Source: Tubiluchus corallicola | Lineage: Eukaryota; Animalia; Priapulida | Direction: 5' to 3' | DNA length: 64,000 nucleotides | Assembly: GCA_030141605.1 (NCBI GenBank) | Contig: JAQGDQ010000497.1 | Location: 99,841-163,840 of the forward strand | Part shown: positions 23,933 through 47,101 of the stretch, piece after piece | Numbering within the stretch: position 1 is the stretch's first letter | Layout: every line of letters begins with the position of its first letter | Translations under genes and position numbers: made by a program | The notes under the pieces: model-generated | Seen by the model: only the letters and a program-made list of their open reading frames with translations | Database searches by the model: none | Told to the model about the DNA's origin: nothing

Positions 23933-25060
23933 CAGATTTTTTATGTTTTTGTTACATTATTTTTGTGCCTTTATTTTTAGTTGCACTTGACAGACACTAG
24001 TGTGCCAAAAGTCTAGTTAATTTATTGTGCATAATGCTGCATGGTGCTTGTTTGCTGTGTTATCTTTTAGTAATAATAATTCAGTAACATTGTTTGCCTA
24101 TCAGCTATTTTTAGATAATCATATTTACAGAATGTGATAGTTCGTTCAATTGTGCCGAGAGCTAGTCAACACGACATGGATTTATTCTTTGTGTTAGTAT
24201 ATGAAAAGTGTGAATTTTTAATCATCTAGTGCTTATTCCAGTTGTGATATGACTTTTTATTTCTCTCACTTCACTGATTTTAGTGAAACTTTATAGTCGT
24301 TTTAAATAGTCAGTTAGGTAAAAGCAGCATGCTAAATAATCTAGTCTGTTATTTTTTTTTGCACCAAGAAAGGATTTTTAGCAATTGTTTTTATTTTTAT
24401 AGCGGAAATAAATTCATTATTAGGACTATAAGTTAAGGTACCTTTTCCTAACTCACACACTGGTTTATCTTCAAGATTCATTCAAGTATAAGTAAAATAC
24501 AGTCGTAGTTTACTTAAAATTTTATCAAGTATTTCATAATTTAGTACAGCCTTTTCAAATAATCAGACACTGGGCTAAGATTGGATACAGTGCTCAAAAT
24601 TTAGAAAAGTACTAAGTACTCAATTTCAAAAAATCTATTCTAGATTGTGTCTCATAATTGTAGTTAAAGTCATATGAGTTCTTCCAGTTGTTAACATGGA
24701 AATGTGAGAAATCGTGATAATATCTGTCTTAAATATGCGACTGGCAGTAAATGTTTAACTTTACGAAACAATTGTACTCTTTAAAGCATAGGTATTAGAA
24801 TTATAGGTATTATACGGTATATTACACTGTACTGGCACGGTGGATGAATGTTCTGCACTTGAACTTTTCATTATAATTATCGAGTCAAACAGTTTGTTAT
24901 GAACAGATAGCTTATCCGTTAAAAATTATTAGCTTTTGTCATGTCGATTTTCAGCAGTTGCACATTGCCTTGCTACACAGCATAGTCGCATTTAAAATGC
25001 ACAAACAGAAATTGTACAGACTGATTAGTGTTAACACATCATACCTCCAGTGATAATTAT

Positions 25061-25410
25061 TGGGGGTGAGCATCGAACGTTCAACTTCGATTCAAACAAT
25101 TTTTTTTAGTTCGAATGCGATTCAAACCTAAAATTATAGATTTGAATAATTCAGCACTTCAACCAAACATCGTGCAATTAGCAAAATTTAGCTGTGATTT
25201 CTCCGCACAATTTTTAAACATATTATTAGTGGTTTTACTGCAGAACAAAATCGAGTAATAAGCATGATCTTTATAAAAAAAGTGTTTATAGTGGTTCGGA
25301 AATCTTTCAATCTCAATTCAAATTCAAAATACTGAAATTTAGTTCGAATCGAATTCGAAAGTCATAAATTCGATTTGAATTCACTTTCTGGTAGAGAATG
25401 CTCACCCCTA
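25061..25410. mobile_element. hAT (Ac-like) MITE
   Basis: TGGGGGTGAGCATCG ... GAATGCTCACCCCTA; degenerate 8-bp TSD ATAATTAT/ATAAGTGT; TTCGAA subterminal repeats. Confidence 0.7.
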
Positions 25411-26281
25411 ATAAGTGTTCAAAAATAACTACACTTTCAATCAATGCTTTTTTATATTGCATTCCTAAGTAGGTAGTTTATGCAGTAAATTAAATACAAA
25501 TTAACTGTAGCTATAATTTAAAAAGATACTTCAAATTGTAGTATTTTGTACGAGATACATGTGCCTATGTGAGTATTTATAGTATATAAATTACTGAGAA
25601 TTTTGTTTTTAAAATAAGAAGTAAAAGGTATAAAATGCAGGTACAGTGAGATTTAGATTAAAAAGTTTACACAGTCATGACAAATTTATTGTTATAATGA
25701 CAACTTTACAAATACTCATTAAACTGTTTTTACGTTTTACCCAAAGATTTACTAAATTATATCTTCAAAAATGTAAGCTAGATGCTGGAACTTACATGAA
25801 TCATCTAACACGTACGCAAATACCAAAAACAGATTCAGATCTTAAACGACAATGAAACGAACTGAGCCACAAAATATAACAAAAAAGATAACAAACTAGA
25901 TGAATAATACAATGTATCTCCAACACATTCAAGCCCACACTTACTGAATCAAGACAACAACTAGGATACCCTAAGTAAAAATTTTGATATAATTAAATAA
26001 GCCATTTTCTAACATAGAAAAAATTAACAAACAGAAACATTACAAAATGGTTTAATGCTCTGAATAGAGGTGAAAGCAACTTCTCAAATCAGTTATGCGA
26101 ATAAGCCTAAACAAAGCTGCAGCAAGCTACCGGTATTAATGAACAGACATCAGCATACATGCTACTAGAAATATATGAACTGACAGTAAATTTACAACAG
26201 TTACGATGGGTTTACAATCATGCTGGTTAGACTTAATATCAAGCAACATTAACTTGTAAATGTAAATGTCACAAACAGATA

Positions 26282-26499
26282 CACGTAGTCGTCGACTTAC
26301 GACCACGATACTGGGCACAAATCGGGTCGTACATTAAAGCAGTTCGCCCATACATGCAAGACATAAATTTACAGGATTTAAACTTACTTTGTTGAAAAAA
26401 AAACAGAAGGAAACATGAATTATACTCAATTTTATATAATTAACCAATTAAGGATTGGTTAAGTGAAATAGTCGTAAGTCGCAAGTCGTCGACTACCTG
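26282..26499. mobile_element. Tigger-like MITE in the TRAM 3'UTR region
   Basis: TA|CACGTAGTCGTCGACTTACGAC ... GTCGCAAGTCGTCGACTACCTG|TA. Confidence 0.8.
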
Positions 26500-26658
26500 T
26501 ATTATGAAGGTATTTCTCAAGACTTTATACTTTAATTGTAGTTTCCCAATGACTAAAATCACACTGAAGTGAAAAACTAGAATGTATTAGTTAATCAAGC
26601 AGAAATTGGAAAAGGGAAAAAGATTTTAGAAGGAAAAAGTAAAAATATGAAGAAAAAT

Positions 26659-29600
26659 CTAGTACTTTTTCCCCCTTCCTCCTCGTGATCTCAGCTCGTG
26701 CTTTTCATCCGCCTGAGTATTCTGATCCACCTCCGGTAACTCGTCCACTTCTGGTTCCAGGTCATCCCTATCCTTCCTGGACTTTTTCTGCTTCTTCAGG
26801 TCCTTTTTCTGTTTCACCAAAGATGGAGGCACGGTCGCGCGCTCACGAACCCTTCTCAAATGGAAGGTGATAAAATTCCACATTATCCAGGCCTGCAAGA
26901 GTCCGATACCCGCCAAGCAGTTAATGCGAATGATTTGCGTGTTAAAGTTCCCAGCTTGGAAGTCAATTGTCGCCTGTCCCGTTTGTTCCAGCCCGTACCA
27001 GAACGTGAGAACAGACAACGTAATTGTGCCAAGTCGGACAAGAACAAACAGAAAGTTCCACATCATAAAACCAGCGTTAGCTATTTCGCTTTTGTCAGAA
27101 AAATAGATGAGACGGCTGAAATGGAAAACCGCTTCTACGATATAATGCAAGACGATAAGACAGATGCCAATGCGAGTGAAATTCAGCAGATATGCAACAG
27201 CGAGAAACACAAAGTATAAAACTGCGTACTGGATCTTCGCAGGCATTTCTTCCTTTTTCGTTTTTTGAAAGTAAAGCTCGGGAAAACAGTGAAGCCAGAA
27301 AGCAAGTTGAATGATGAAGAAGAATTTGATGCTGAAGGACATCAAATTGTGAGGATAATTTTCCCATAATACTCCAATGTACTGAGCATAACCTTCGTGT
27401 AAAATGATATCTATGCCCCAGATGACAGAAATGACGTAAAACGACAGCAGCTGACCAGATTCGTTAAACTTGCTGTGTTTGATCTTAGACAAGTGCATCT
27501 TCCTGTTCAACCTGCAAAGCATAATTTGATATACAGCATGTAGTACAAGCATGCAAGGAATCCCCACTATAGAAACAACATTAAGTTTCTAGAGGGTGTG
27601 CAACATAGGGTGAGCATGATTGAAAGTATGGAGGAAATGTGATATCAAGAGAGGCTTAGAAAACATTCACTTACAACCTTAGAGTTGAGGAGACATAAAG
27701 GAGATTTGATACAAATGTATAAAATTATGCATGGGTTAGGTGGCATGGAAAGAGAAAAAATGTTTACACTGGTAAGTGATGACAGAACCAGGGAGCATTC
27801 TCTAAAATTTTTTAAATACAGAGCTAAATGTGATTGTACAAAATATTTTTTCACGAAAAGAGTGGTTAGAGAGTGGAATCAACTCCCACCTGAAATTGCT
27901 AAAGCTTCTTCAAGTGAACAAGTTCAAGAACAAGCTGGACAGATATTTAGAAACAAAATATGGTGCTACAATGAGCTTGCTCGATTAACCTCTACCACTC
28001 TTATATTTTAAGAGTGGTGGTATGGTATGGTATGTAGTCAATTGATGAAACTAATTGTTCAAACAGTGTGTGGAAGAGAGCGACCACACCGTCTTCTACT
28101 CCCGTCATAAGTGAAATATACAATTTTAATCAGAGATTGTACACTATATACAAGTTATTTTCACTGAAACAATACATGGTGTTATTTATGCAAAAATGCA
28201 CTTTTTCTCTGTGAATGCATTAATTAAATTCTATATAGTGTAGAAGCCATATTACAAATAAAAAAACCAAAATAATTATACTAATTTGTAAAACAGGGAA
28301 AATTGCAGATTATGGACGACCATAAATTTCATTCTCAATAAAAACACAGTAACGGAAATTACTAAATTAGTCACTTGGTACACCTCCTACATTATGTGGA
28401 CGTAAGCTTAGCCACTATTTAGTCTAATATGAAAAGAAGAGCAAACATGGCTCGTTTTTTGCACAATTACTCAGACAAGGATTATATTACTTATATGTTA
28501 CCATAACCCCATTTCCATAATACTAGTGGGTTGTAACACAAGCTGATCAACCTCAGTTGTTTTACTTATGAAAATGGGGTTCTTGAAATGGACATTGTCA
28601 GATGTCAGGTATCTGCTTTTTTGTCTTTATAACATTTCAAAAAGCATCTATGCCTAAGCAAAGCAAGCTTGATATACCTATCCTTATTTTATACGTTACA
28701 GTGGGAAATTACTGCTTAAGGTCACACAATGTACCACATCTGCCAAGGGTGTCAGCTCTGTATTATATTGTGCAAATAGTTATTATGCTAACCTGGATTT
28801 ATCCTGCACAACCTCTACAGCCACAAAGTAACTTTTACGTGCACAAAAGCGGGAAGTAAAATGCTAATGTCTGCTATGGGTCATGATATTATGAGTTGAA
28901 ACGAGACTTCAAAACATTTGAAGTGCACACAGCAAACTAGTCACAAGCTTACTAGTTATAACAGGAGATTTGCCTAGTTGTTTGGTGTCGAACCCGACTT
29001 GCAATGCCTCGAAATTTATAATAAAACATGCACTCCTGTCCATACGAAATTGCTTGTGATGTGCCACCCATCACTCATGGAGCTGAATACAACAACAGCA
29101 GTCTATGTAGATCGAGACCATTTTCCACAAAACTTAGCTGCACAAACCTAAATACGCCTGGTGGCAGCTTACTACTTTCCATTTTACTACCTATTGACCC
29201 AGTTCTTCCACAAACAGACACAAAAGTGGGTGACAGCAACAGTTACAGATTAATCTGCATACCTGTGTGCAAAATAGGTCATAACTTGGCAGTTGTTGGC
29301 AATTACATAATGAGTTCATTTACTAGCCATGTTAAACAGCATTGCTATAAAAAGCCTTATAAATGGACTATTGCCACCTTTAACATGTTGTTTTCACTAG
29401 CTATGTTGTTTCTTATCCCATATTATACACTACAGAGTATCCAAAGTATAGGGAAAAATAAGAGAATCACAATCCTCGCGTTCTTTGGATTCTTTCTTCA
29501 CAAATTTAGCCATCAAATTTCTTCATCTCTAGCCATGAAACAGTCACCACTGCTTTACTACTGTATTGAACTATTGTAAGCACCCAATTCTTACGTGTCA

Positions 29601-31001
29601 CAGAAATACAGAATAAAAGAGAACAGAGTTCTTAGAATCTTTTGCAGGAGAAACTCATGTTTTTGTTTACTGCAACATTAGTACTTGTATTCATTCTAAG
29701 ACTGAAGTTCCCTGCTGTCAGGAAAGACTTCAGCTTAACCTCACCAAAATATAACATCCTTTTATTAACCAAGCAGGACCTGAACACTTGCTAATGATTT
29801 TTACGCTTCTAATTTAACTTCTTTGACATTTAACAATGTACAAAGTTCAAAGTTGGTAGATCTTTCCAAGATTTAACTTAAATCCTAGACTGAGGTTCAA
29901 TTATTTTGGTTGTAATCCAGTGAAAAAATACAACAATCTGAATGGCTTCTTAAAAAGTACCCGTAAACAGTTAAGTGTAAATTATAAAAAACAAACATGG
30001 TTGAAACTCTAGGCTGTATAACAAAGAATAATTAAAAGGCCACTTGTAGTATATGTCCTCTTTTTGTCAACAGATGCCACGGTGATAGCTAGCATTGTCC
30101 ACAGTGTTTGCAAAAATTAATAATGGATTAATAATGGAACTAAAGTGTTATTTCAAATGAAGTAAAATGTACTTAAAAAACCCTAGTGTTGAAAAATCAT
30201 TAGCAAAAATCAAATCCTAGTCCTAATTTGCATTAAATTAGCAATAGGTTCAAATTGACTCTACGACTAAACAGGTTGAAGAAACTTATCTAACAAATTG
30301 TAATTTTGTGGCAATACTTTTGGCGTAAAACCTTTGATAAAAGAATGACACCAAATAATATGCACGTATCAGATTAGCCCTATTCCACTTTCCTTGACTG
30401 CTCCTTCTTGACTTCCTATAGTGACTGTCTCACTTTTCAAAATATGGGAAACTCATTAAAGAGCACATCACAGAAAATGGAAAAAAGGAATGATAGTAAT
30501 TACAGGCTCGTCCATCTATCACTTCTATGTACAATTAGGTACAACAAAAATGACTATGGTATGCAGCACATTACATACCTTACAACACACGTGTACATAA
30601 CATAATATACTACTATACAGTACTAAATACTATACACAATATTAATATTATAATGAATTAAATGAAACTAGTTTTAAAAGTAAAACCCACTTGTCTAGAA
30701 TATATTCTTGAATGACTGCATGTATGACAATACATATCAGAAAATAGAAGAATACTGCACAGAGATCTTTGCTGCCATATGTGTAAAGGTTTGGCGCCTC
30801 TGCCCCTTCGTCTTCCACCTCAAGTGTGACATTATGTTGCATCGCAACGAACAAGGAAGCAAATGGTGCAGAAAATTGAAACATCAAGCCAACGATAAAA
30901 ACCATGGCCAGACATGACACAATATCAGCGTGATTTTGTATTATGAATTCATGACTGAACACCGGTGGATTTTTCTGTCCACCCTTACGTCTGATTGCCA
31001 T
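26659..31001 (-). CDS. TRAM1: Translocating chain-associated membrane protein (TRAM1-like, TLC domain), 2 exons, 387 aa
   Basis: Exons 31001-30691 and 27511-26659 (1164 nt). Motifs: [94 protein letters not shown], basic tail. Confidence 0.96.
27585..28035 (+). mobile_element. 3' end of a CR1-type LINE in the TRAM intron
   Basis: YQERL...[22 protein letters not shown]...RTREHSLK...[14 protein letters not shown]; terminal hairpin CCACTCTTA-tattt-TAAGAGTGG followed by a (TATGG)n tail. Confidence 0.9.
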
Positions 31002-32239
31002 TTTAAAATTAAACCTGCTGCCAACCCAAGCACACAAATCACAATCCAGATAAGCCAAACCGGGTACGTGGCTTTCACTCTCACAATAAACTGTACACTA
31101 AAGATATCTATCTAAACAGTAACGCAGCGCGTTATGGATTTTTGAACATTCTTTACGACAGGCATAACTAAATGTAATAATTATTTTGTTACTTTTACTG
31201 TTATCCCTTAAAAAAGTAAACAAAAATGATTTGGAGAAAACGTCTATAAATTATAAAATTATTTATACTATCGCTGTATAAACACTTTCAAGCATGGTGA
31301 TGGCTCAAATAATTCACTTGAAAATTATGTCGTAACTGGTAGATTTTGTGACTTTTTCGTTAGCACATTGTGGCTTAAATTTCCATTGCGCTGCTTAAAA
31401 GAATTCAACTTTTGCAGCTTACCTAATTTTCATGCAAAAACGTCAAAATTAGCCATCTAATTTTTTGTAAAAACTTACAGTTTTGACAGAATTTGAGTCT
31501 GCGTGCGGTTTCTACAGCTACTAAGCGTTGGTGAAAGAGTGGGAATTCGAAATGGTAGCATCTTAGCGCGAAATGAACCTAACTTTACAGTGATTTTACT
31601 AATTACACGAGGTGTTTATCATACTTTTATTGCTAAATCCTTCTATTTTTCATGAACATTGAATAAACTTAACTTCCTAGAAGCCTTGACCTTTCTCTTA
31701 ACATGCATTCACTGATTCATGATGCTGCTCTTGTTGTTGGCTTATTGCTTCAAAGGTTGTGTTTTATTACTGCCGTAGTTCTTGCTATTGCTCTTGTTGT
31801 TGCTTAATAGTCAACAGACAACACACACACTGTCCATGTGACCAGCTGCTCTCAACAAAGAGGAAGTGTCTATCATGATTGGAAATGTGCCGGCACTTCA
31901 ATTTTCTTGCATACTGAAATTCCTTCTACATGAGTATTCTACCTAGTCTTGATTTCTTTGAAGGCTAAGCAGATTAGTGGAAAGCTTTAATACTAATAGA
32001 TGCATGTGTATTGTGTCTAATTTTCGTGGAAAATTCTTCTTTCTTATTTAGTTTGTTCATTATTTTATTCTTTAATACATAATTAATGCTTTAATACTTT
32101 AATGCTCCAGCTCCACTTTATGGTGCAATCCATCGTCTTCATAGATGGACGGAGGCCGACGAATACATAATTATATCATAGCTCAGAAATTTTCATTGAT
32201 TACAGTTATTTTCACGGTAGTTGAATAATAATAAATGCA

Positions 32240-34330
32240 ATGATGCAACTACACCTAAACAAAAATAGCGTTTAATTAATGACATACTTAACAGATATAG
32301 AAACGATCAATTATACAAATAAACAGTTTACGAGAAAATGACAGCATGATATCTGATCCAGTTGATATTGCCAACAAATTAAATTCCACATTTATCAATC
32401 TTGGGAAATTTGACAACTTGCCACGCCAACATAATGCAAATGCACACAATACATACAAGAACTAATCAGTAACACAATGCACTTTCTCATTTACTAGTGT
32501 CACTGTATACGACATCTTTAAAATATTAAATAGTTTAAATATAAATAAAGGAAGTGGACCCTCAGACATGCCAATAAAAATCTTAAAAGACTGTGCCAGC
32601 ATCATTACTCCTCATCTAACATATATCTCAAACCAAGTCTTAATGCACTCAGAATTTCCAGCAGTGCGTAAACAAGCAAACATAACTCCAATACACAAGA
32701 AAGATGCTAAAGATGATCCTAAAAACTACAGACCAATTTCAGTGGTGCATGTACTAGCCAAAGTATTTGAAAGAGTTATCTACAACCAAATAAACCATTA
32801 CATTGAAAATAATAAGTTACTGTCAAATCATCAATTCGGTTTTAGAAAACTACATTCTACAATAGACGCAATAATTGATGCCACTGAAAAGTGGCGTTAC
32901 AACTTAAATAAAAATAAATATATAACAGCAGCATTTTTAGATCTAAGTAAAGCTTTTGAAAACCTCGATCACAATTTACTACTAGACAACTTACGCCAAC
33001 CACGATTCGATTATACTTCTCTCAAACTAATTAATAATTACCTACACAATAGAAAACAAAGAGTCAAGCTGAACAAACACACTTTTTCAACATTGGACGC
33101 ACCACAGAGAAGCATCCCGCAAGGTACGATATTAGGTCCTTTACTCTTTTGTTTATAAGTTAATAAAATTCATTTAGTTTTACATAATTCAGACTTAACA
33201 CAATATGCCCGACTATACAACTATCTATACAGCACATGCAGGCTTTCTAACATCGAAAAATAATCTAGAAAAAGACATAGCAAATATAAATGCAGCATTT
33301 AATTATTTTGGTTTAAAAATGAATGATGATAAGACAAAATTTATGGCAATATCACCCAAATCAAATGACATTATATCTTCTAATGCAACACTAAAAGTAG
33401 GTGACTGTTCCATAGAACAAGCAAAAAATGTAAAATTTTTAGGCATTACTGTCGATAATAAACTCACGTGGGATGAACAGTTTCATCAAATACACAACAA
33501 GCTGGCATTAAGCACGGCATTCTTACGCCAAGCCAGAGGCCATTTAACCAAGAAAACAAAAATTCTCATCTACAAAAGTCCAATATTACCACATTATCTG
33601 TATGGTTGCACTTTACTTCAAAACTTTAAAAATGAAATTTTTAGAAAACTAAATACAATGCAAAACTAGGCACTTAGATTAATTCATGGTTACTCTAACA
33701 AAACTGCTAAGCAACATACTGCTTCTGCAACAAGCTTAAGAACTTCCACAAAATACCAATATTAGAAGCCTATCGAGATTACAAAACACTGATATTTCTT
33801 TATAAAGATATCAACAAACTGAGCATTCCGTTCATAAACAATCCCTTAGCATTCATTCCTGATACCACTTGAGACAATAGAACACACAATTTAAAGCAAA
33901 TTACAGTAAACAATAAATTTGGAAATAACTCTATATCAAAACAGGCCATATATTTATGGAACTTACTACCCAGTGAAATAAAACAAATAGAATCTCTCCA
34001 CCACTTCAAAAAGAATATCAATATAACAGGTTTCAACTTCCAGTGTCAAGTCAAATGTATATATAGTGTAAAATATGTCATGTAAAATTTAATGTACTTT
34101 TGTAATATTGTTTTGTAAAAATATTTTAATATGGTGCTTGTAAATATGTTGATTTATTGTACACATTTAGGCGTTAGTTTTGCACTCTAGTCTTTTTTTA
34201 GTATGCACTGGACGGGTTTGTCTTGAACAGTGTTGTTATTTTAACATTATGCTGAGGCTTACTCAATTTTATTATAATGAGTGAACCATTTTAATGACAA
34301 ATAAAGAATTAATAATATAAAAAAATAATA
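32240..34330 (+). mobile_element. Decayed 5'-truncated CR1/L2-group LINE (RT domain plus 3'UTR)
   Basis: KGSGPSDMPIKILK, ANITPIHKK..DDPKNYRPIS, LSNHQFGFRKLHST, AFLDLSKAF, IPQGTILGPLLF, frameshifted YADD, KFLGITVDNKLTW, YLWNLLP; AATAAA and an A-rich tail at ~34300-34333. Confidence 0.93.
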
Positions 34331-34334
34331 ATAG

Positions 34335-34680
<346 letters not shown>

Positions 34681-35099
34681 GTCAAATGCAAAGCTAACAC
34701 TAGCTATCCCTATCTTCATTTCGCCAACCAGTGAAAGCTGGCACATGGTTGTATGATTTAGTCTTGTAAAGAACCTGTTTTAAATGACAGATTCTACTTT
34801 TGAGGAGTGAATGATGTGACTAAATCCTTCAAGAAACATTGGCGTGGCTGACATGAATAATGAATTAATAATGAATTAATATGATTAATATCCTGACTAA
34901 GTCTACAATGTGACGATAATGAGTTTGTCACACTGTCATCAATGCATTTCAGTGGCATAATCTGGGTTGCTGTTGTTTATCCTTGCAGCTTACAGTTACA
35001 GTTACGGATACGGGTTAAGCATCGATGATCGCTTTTTGTCACTTGATCTATTCCTCTCTGCATATTTGGTTTTATTGATTCTTGTTACTCTTGCTTTTA

Positions 35100-35720
35100 G
35101 TTTCTAACTTTCAATAAGAATTATTTGCAGACGAGACACTAACCTGCCAAATTTGTAAGCATCATCTAATGCAGAGTTGTCAAAAATCAGCGAGTGGATG
35201 AAAGCAACTAATTGTCAGTTAATTAATACCTCTAAAATTATAATTATTAGTAATAATAAAAATCAGCAATTACCTGTGAAAATAAATGATCATAATATCT
35301 ATCATAAAATACTTAGCTCTTTATATCTTATATTGATTCTGATACAAAATGGAAATTCCCCATTAATATAATAAAATAATATTATTATTATAGCAAATTA
35401 AGTAAAACTGTCGGCTTTATTGCTTAACCCCGATACTATGGATAGAAACACGTTAAAACTTATGATCGTACCGTACATTTGTTTCTCTTTGCCTTGAATA
35501 TTGTATCCTTTCTAGGAGAAAAGGTAAAATTACTTACGTTCATGCAGTACACAACAAAACTGTTAGATAAATGACGTTTGCAAAACTACATGATCATGCT
35601 ACACCCTCGTATACTTTCCTTGCTCTCCCCTAAAGAGAGAGAAAGAAGATGTTTACTCATTACAGCTGTTCAAGTTTATGCATTACGTACATCAAAATAA
35701 TACTTTGTCCTCATTGTATG
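35100..35720 (+). mobile_element. Highly degraded LINE RT remnant
   Basis: FAD(D)TN-like segment, NAELSKISEWMKA, and further broken L2/CR1-like peptide pieces. Confidence 0.5.
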
Positions 35721-35744
35721 CTGACGTTAATTACAAATTCGTGT

Positions 35745-35823
35745 TCGGGTAGTACCAATCCTAATACACACTGTTGAGGGTAGGGGACCCCCAACCGTGT
35801 GTATTAGGATTGGTACTAGCCGA
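35745..35823. repeat. Near-perfect inverted repeat (37-bp arms, 5-nt loop)
   Basis: TCGGGTAGTACCAATCCTAATACACACTGTTGAGGGT-AGGGG-ACCCCCAACCGTGTGTATTAGGATTGGTACTAGCCGA; 34 of 37 positions complementary. Confidence 0.9.
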
Positions 35824-38330
35824 GATATTAGCCTGCACGCTACAAATAGTTAAATCTGCACTTAATACTACTGATTGAGGGAGTACAGAGCGTTGTGTTT
35901 GTCGATGTAAATAATCGCGCACGTTCTCTGTGCTTATACGATGTATAGGGCTACTGATGTAGGCAAGCACCTGTTCATTCACTTATATATGCAAATATTG
36001 ACTATTGATTGCGATATTAAGCGTTAATTAGTGTCTGATTCTCCCAGTAATAATATCATTCGACATGCCGCTTTTATGACACGCCACTCTGCTTTGATTT
36101 GTAGCAATTGTGTATAAATATATATAATAACTATCCTTTTATATAGCAATGATCTATCGCCGTTGTTTTAGCCTGTACAATGACTAGTCTACATTTAGCA
36201 AAATTCTCTATAATTATTCTGTCCAAACGTGATTTGCTTATTGTATAAATGTTTGTGACTATACAAATTTGAAGACACTGGTAACGAAAGGTATTACTCT
36301 GTGAGTATCATACTGCAAATTGTTTCCGATAAAATATCTCTGTAGCCTCAACACGCAACACAAACGCAATAAAACCGAAACACTAAACTAATGAGCTAGA
36401 ATATAAAAGCTCCCGGCTAAATAACTTTAATGACGAAAATAATAGTGTTTACATTGACAAGGATTTCGAGAAGTGACATGATTTGAACTGATACAACTTA
36501 CACAAATAGAATAAGTAGTGAAAAGATTATTTTAACAACCTGAACGCTTAAAAAGTTATGGTTATGACATAGATACAGTGATTTACTGAAGTTAAACAAC
36601 TGAAGCCAAAGAAGATGTGAACTATGTCACCTGACAGCTATTTCACAATGTTAACAAGTACAAGGAAGGTCACTTACCGAATCCATCTCTCTCACCACCC
36701 GCTCCTGTCTCTACTCTAACTGCCTACCAAGTGAAAACATAGAGAGATTCCACAACAAATATTTCTTGTAAAGCTGTTTTAACACAACTTGTGTTTCTCC
36801 CCGCTCTCTCTCTCTCTCTCTCTCTCTCCCGCACCTGCTTGACATATATATATATATATGTCAAAACGATCTTCAGATTTATACCGTCTGTTGAAAATCT
36901 AGCATAAATACGCATAAACGGAATTGATATTCGAAAATTGAGAAGTATTTCTATTCAAAAGATATTATTGAGTAAAACTGTGACGTTTCAGGTACAGATT
37001 TCTAGTTTTAAGTGAGAAATCAGCGACTGAAATGTTATGACGGATCCTGGCAATGATATCCGAAGCAGAAGACACTGCAAGTTTAGATTAACATTCACTT
37101 CACCAAAATATAACAGTAGTTTAGTTCGAAAATATCTAGTGCATTACAAAAACAGTGACTAACAGGGAACTCTGACGTGCGACAAAATATCCATATACAA
37201 TAAAATTGAGCGTTACTACAGCAATTGAATTGATATTATATCACAATTCTATATTTCATCGAGCATTAGCTTGATGTGCTTTAGAAGAAACAGATGTGTA
37301 ATGTGTTGTTTATATTGACTGCTCACTCAAAATCAACCAAATCAATCAATGATCCAAATACCTAATGCATGATCACCAATATTGCATTTTTAAAATTTTA
37401 TTCGAAGAGATTCTTCATTAGTTTAATTGATTAATTATCACTGTTTTTTTTTGTAATGCAACATTAATCTTCCCTTCATTATCATCTATTGTCAAGCATT
37501 TTTTCCACTTTGTTACAAATCTGAGCATACACAAGCACTTATAATTCCCACGTCTTTGCATTCACACACGAGCATGGGCAACCATCCACCTACAGCACTT
37601 ATACCACATTTATGGTTAGGGTTAGGGTTAGGATTTGGGATAGTCCCATTAATGCAGTCGAAGGGGTGAAAAAAAATTAAAAATAAAGAAATGATAAATA
37701 AATAAAAAAGATTCCTTGAGGGGTCTGGCGTTCCCCCTTGGGGGTGCCCCTAAACTACGCAGTGTTACAATATCACCACTACTGAAAACTATTAATAATT
37801 AACTATGAAGAATTTTCAATTATTGTAAACCTACTGTTCAATATTTCAATACAAATGATTAATAGGTGCAGTTTTATACTTTGATGTTATAGGAGATACA
37901 TAACTTATTTTAACCAGTTCGCAGTGCAAATTTATATTTTGTTATTGTCTTAGCAGAAGAGTGGCAGACTCAGGCTATATGATCTTGTGGTCTTTTCGCC
38001 ACATTGTCTCTCTTGGTTATTTCTCCACTGTTACTGTAATATTTGCCAACTTAAATTGAGGTAAATAAACTATTCTGTACTCTGTAAAGTTTTGGTGTTG
38101 CTTCTGCTACTGTTTTTGTTGCTCCCTTAAAATGATTAGAGTTATCGAACTAGACTAGGAGATGTAAAACTAGCTAGCTTCCAGCCTTTGAGGTCTGTGA
38201 CTTACCATTTGATTTCCGATCATCCAATTGGCTCAGTCGCAGAAAGTAAAGCATGCGCGGGTAATAAAACACATGTAAATTGACATTGGCCTCGCTTTCA
38301 ATCTAGCCGCTGCAGTCATCAGCAAGCACA

Positions 38331-47101
<8,771 letters not shown>

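Noticed and set aside
29028-29579. 183-aa ORF antisense within the TRAM intron
   Set aside because: No recognisable domain and no supporting splice structure; likely chance or decayed repeat.
31061-31072. CCACGT (UPR/XBP1-like core) upstream of TRAM
   Set aside because: Plausible for an ER gene, but a 6-mer without a complete ERSE/UPRE consensus is not supportable.
3720-34330. RT ORFs as a retron/DGR-like or domesticated system
   Set aside because: Both RTs are frameshifted, 5'-truncated LINE copies with ordinary 3' tails and no associated template RNA or partner gene.
37613-37632. (TTAGGG)n telomere-like run
   Set aside because: Only about 3 units; such short runs are common in invertebrate repeats and do not indicate a telomere or fusion site.
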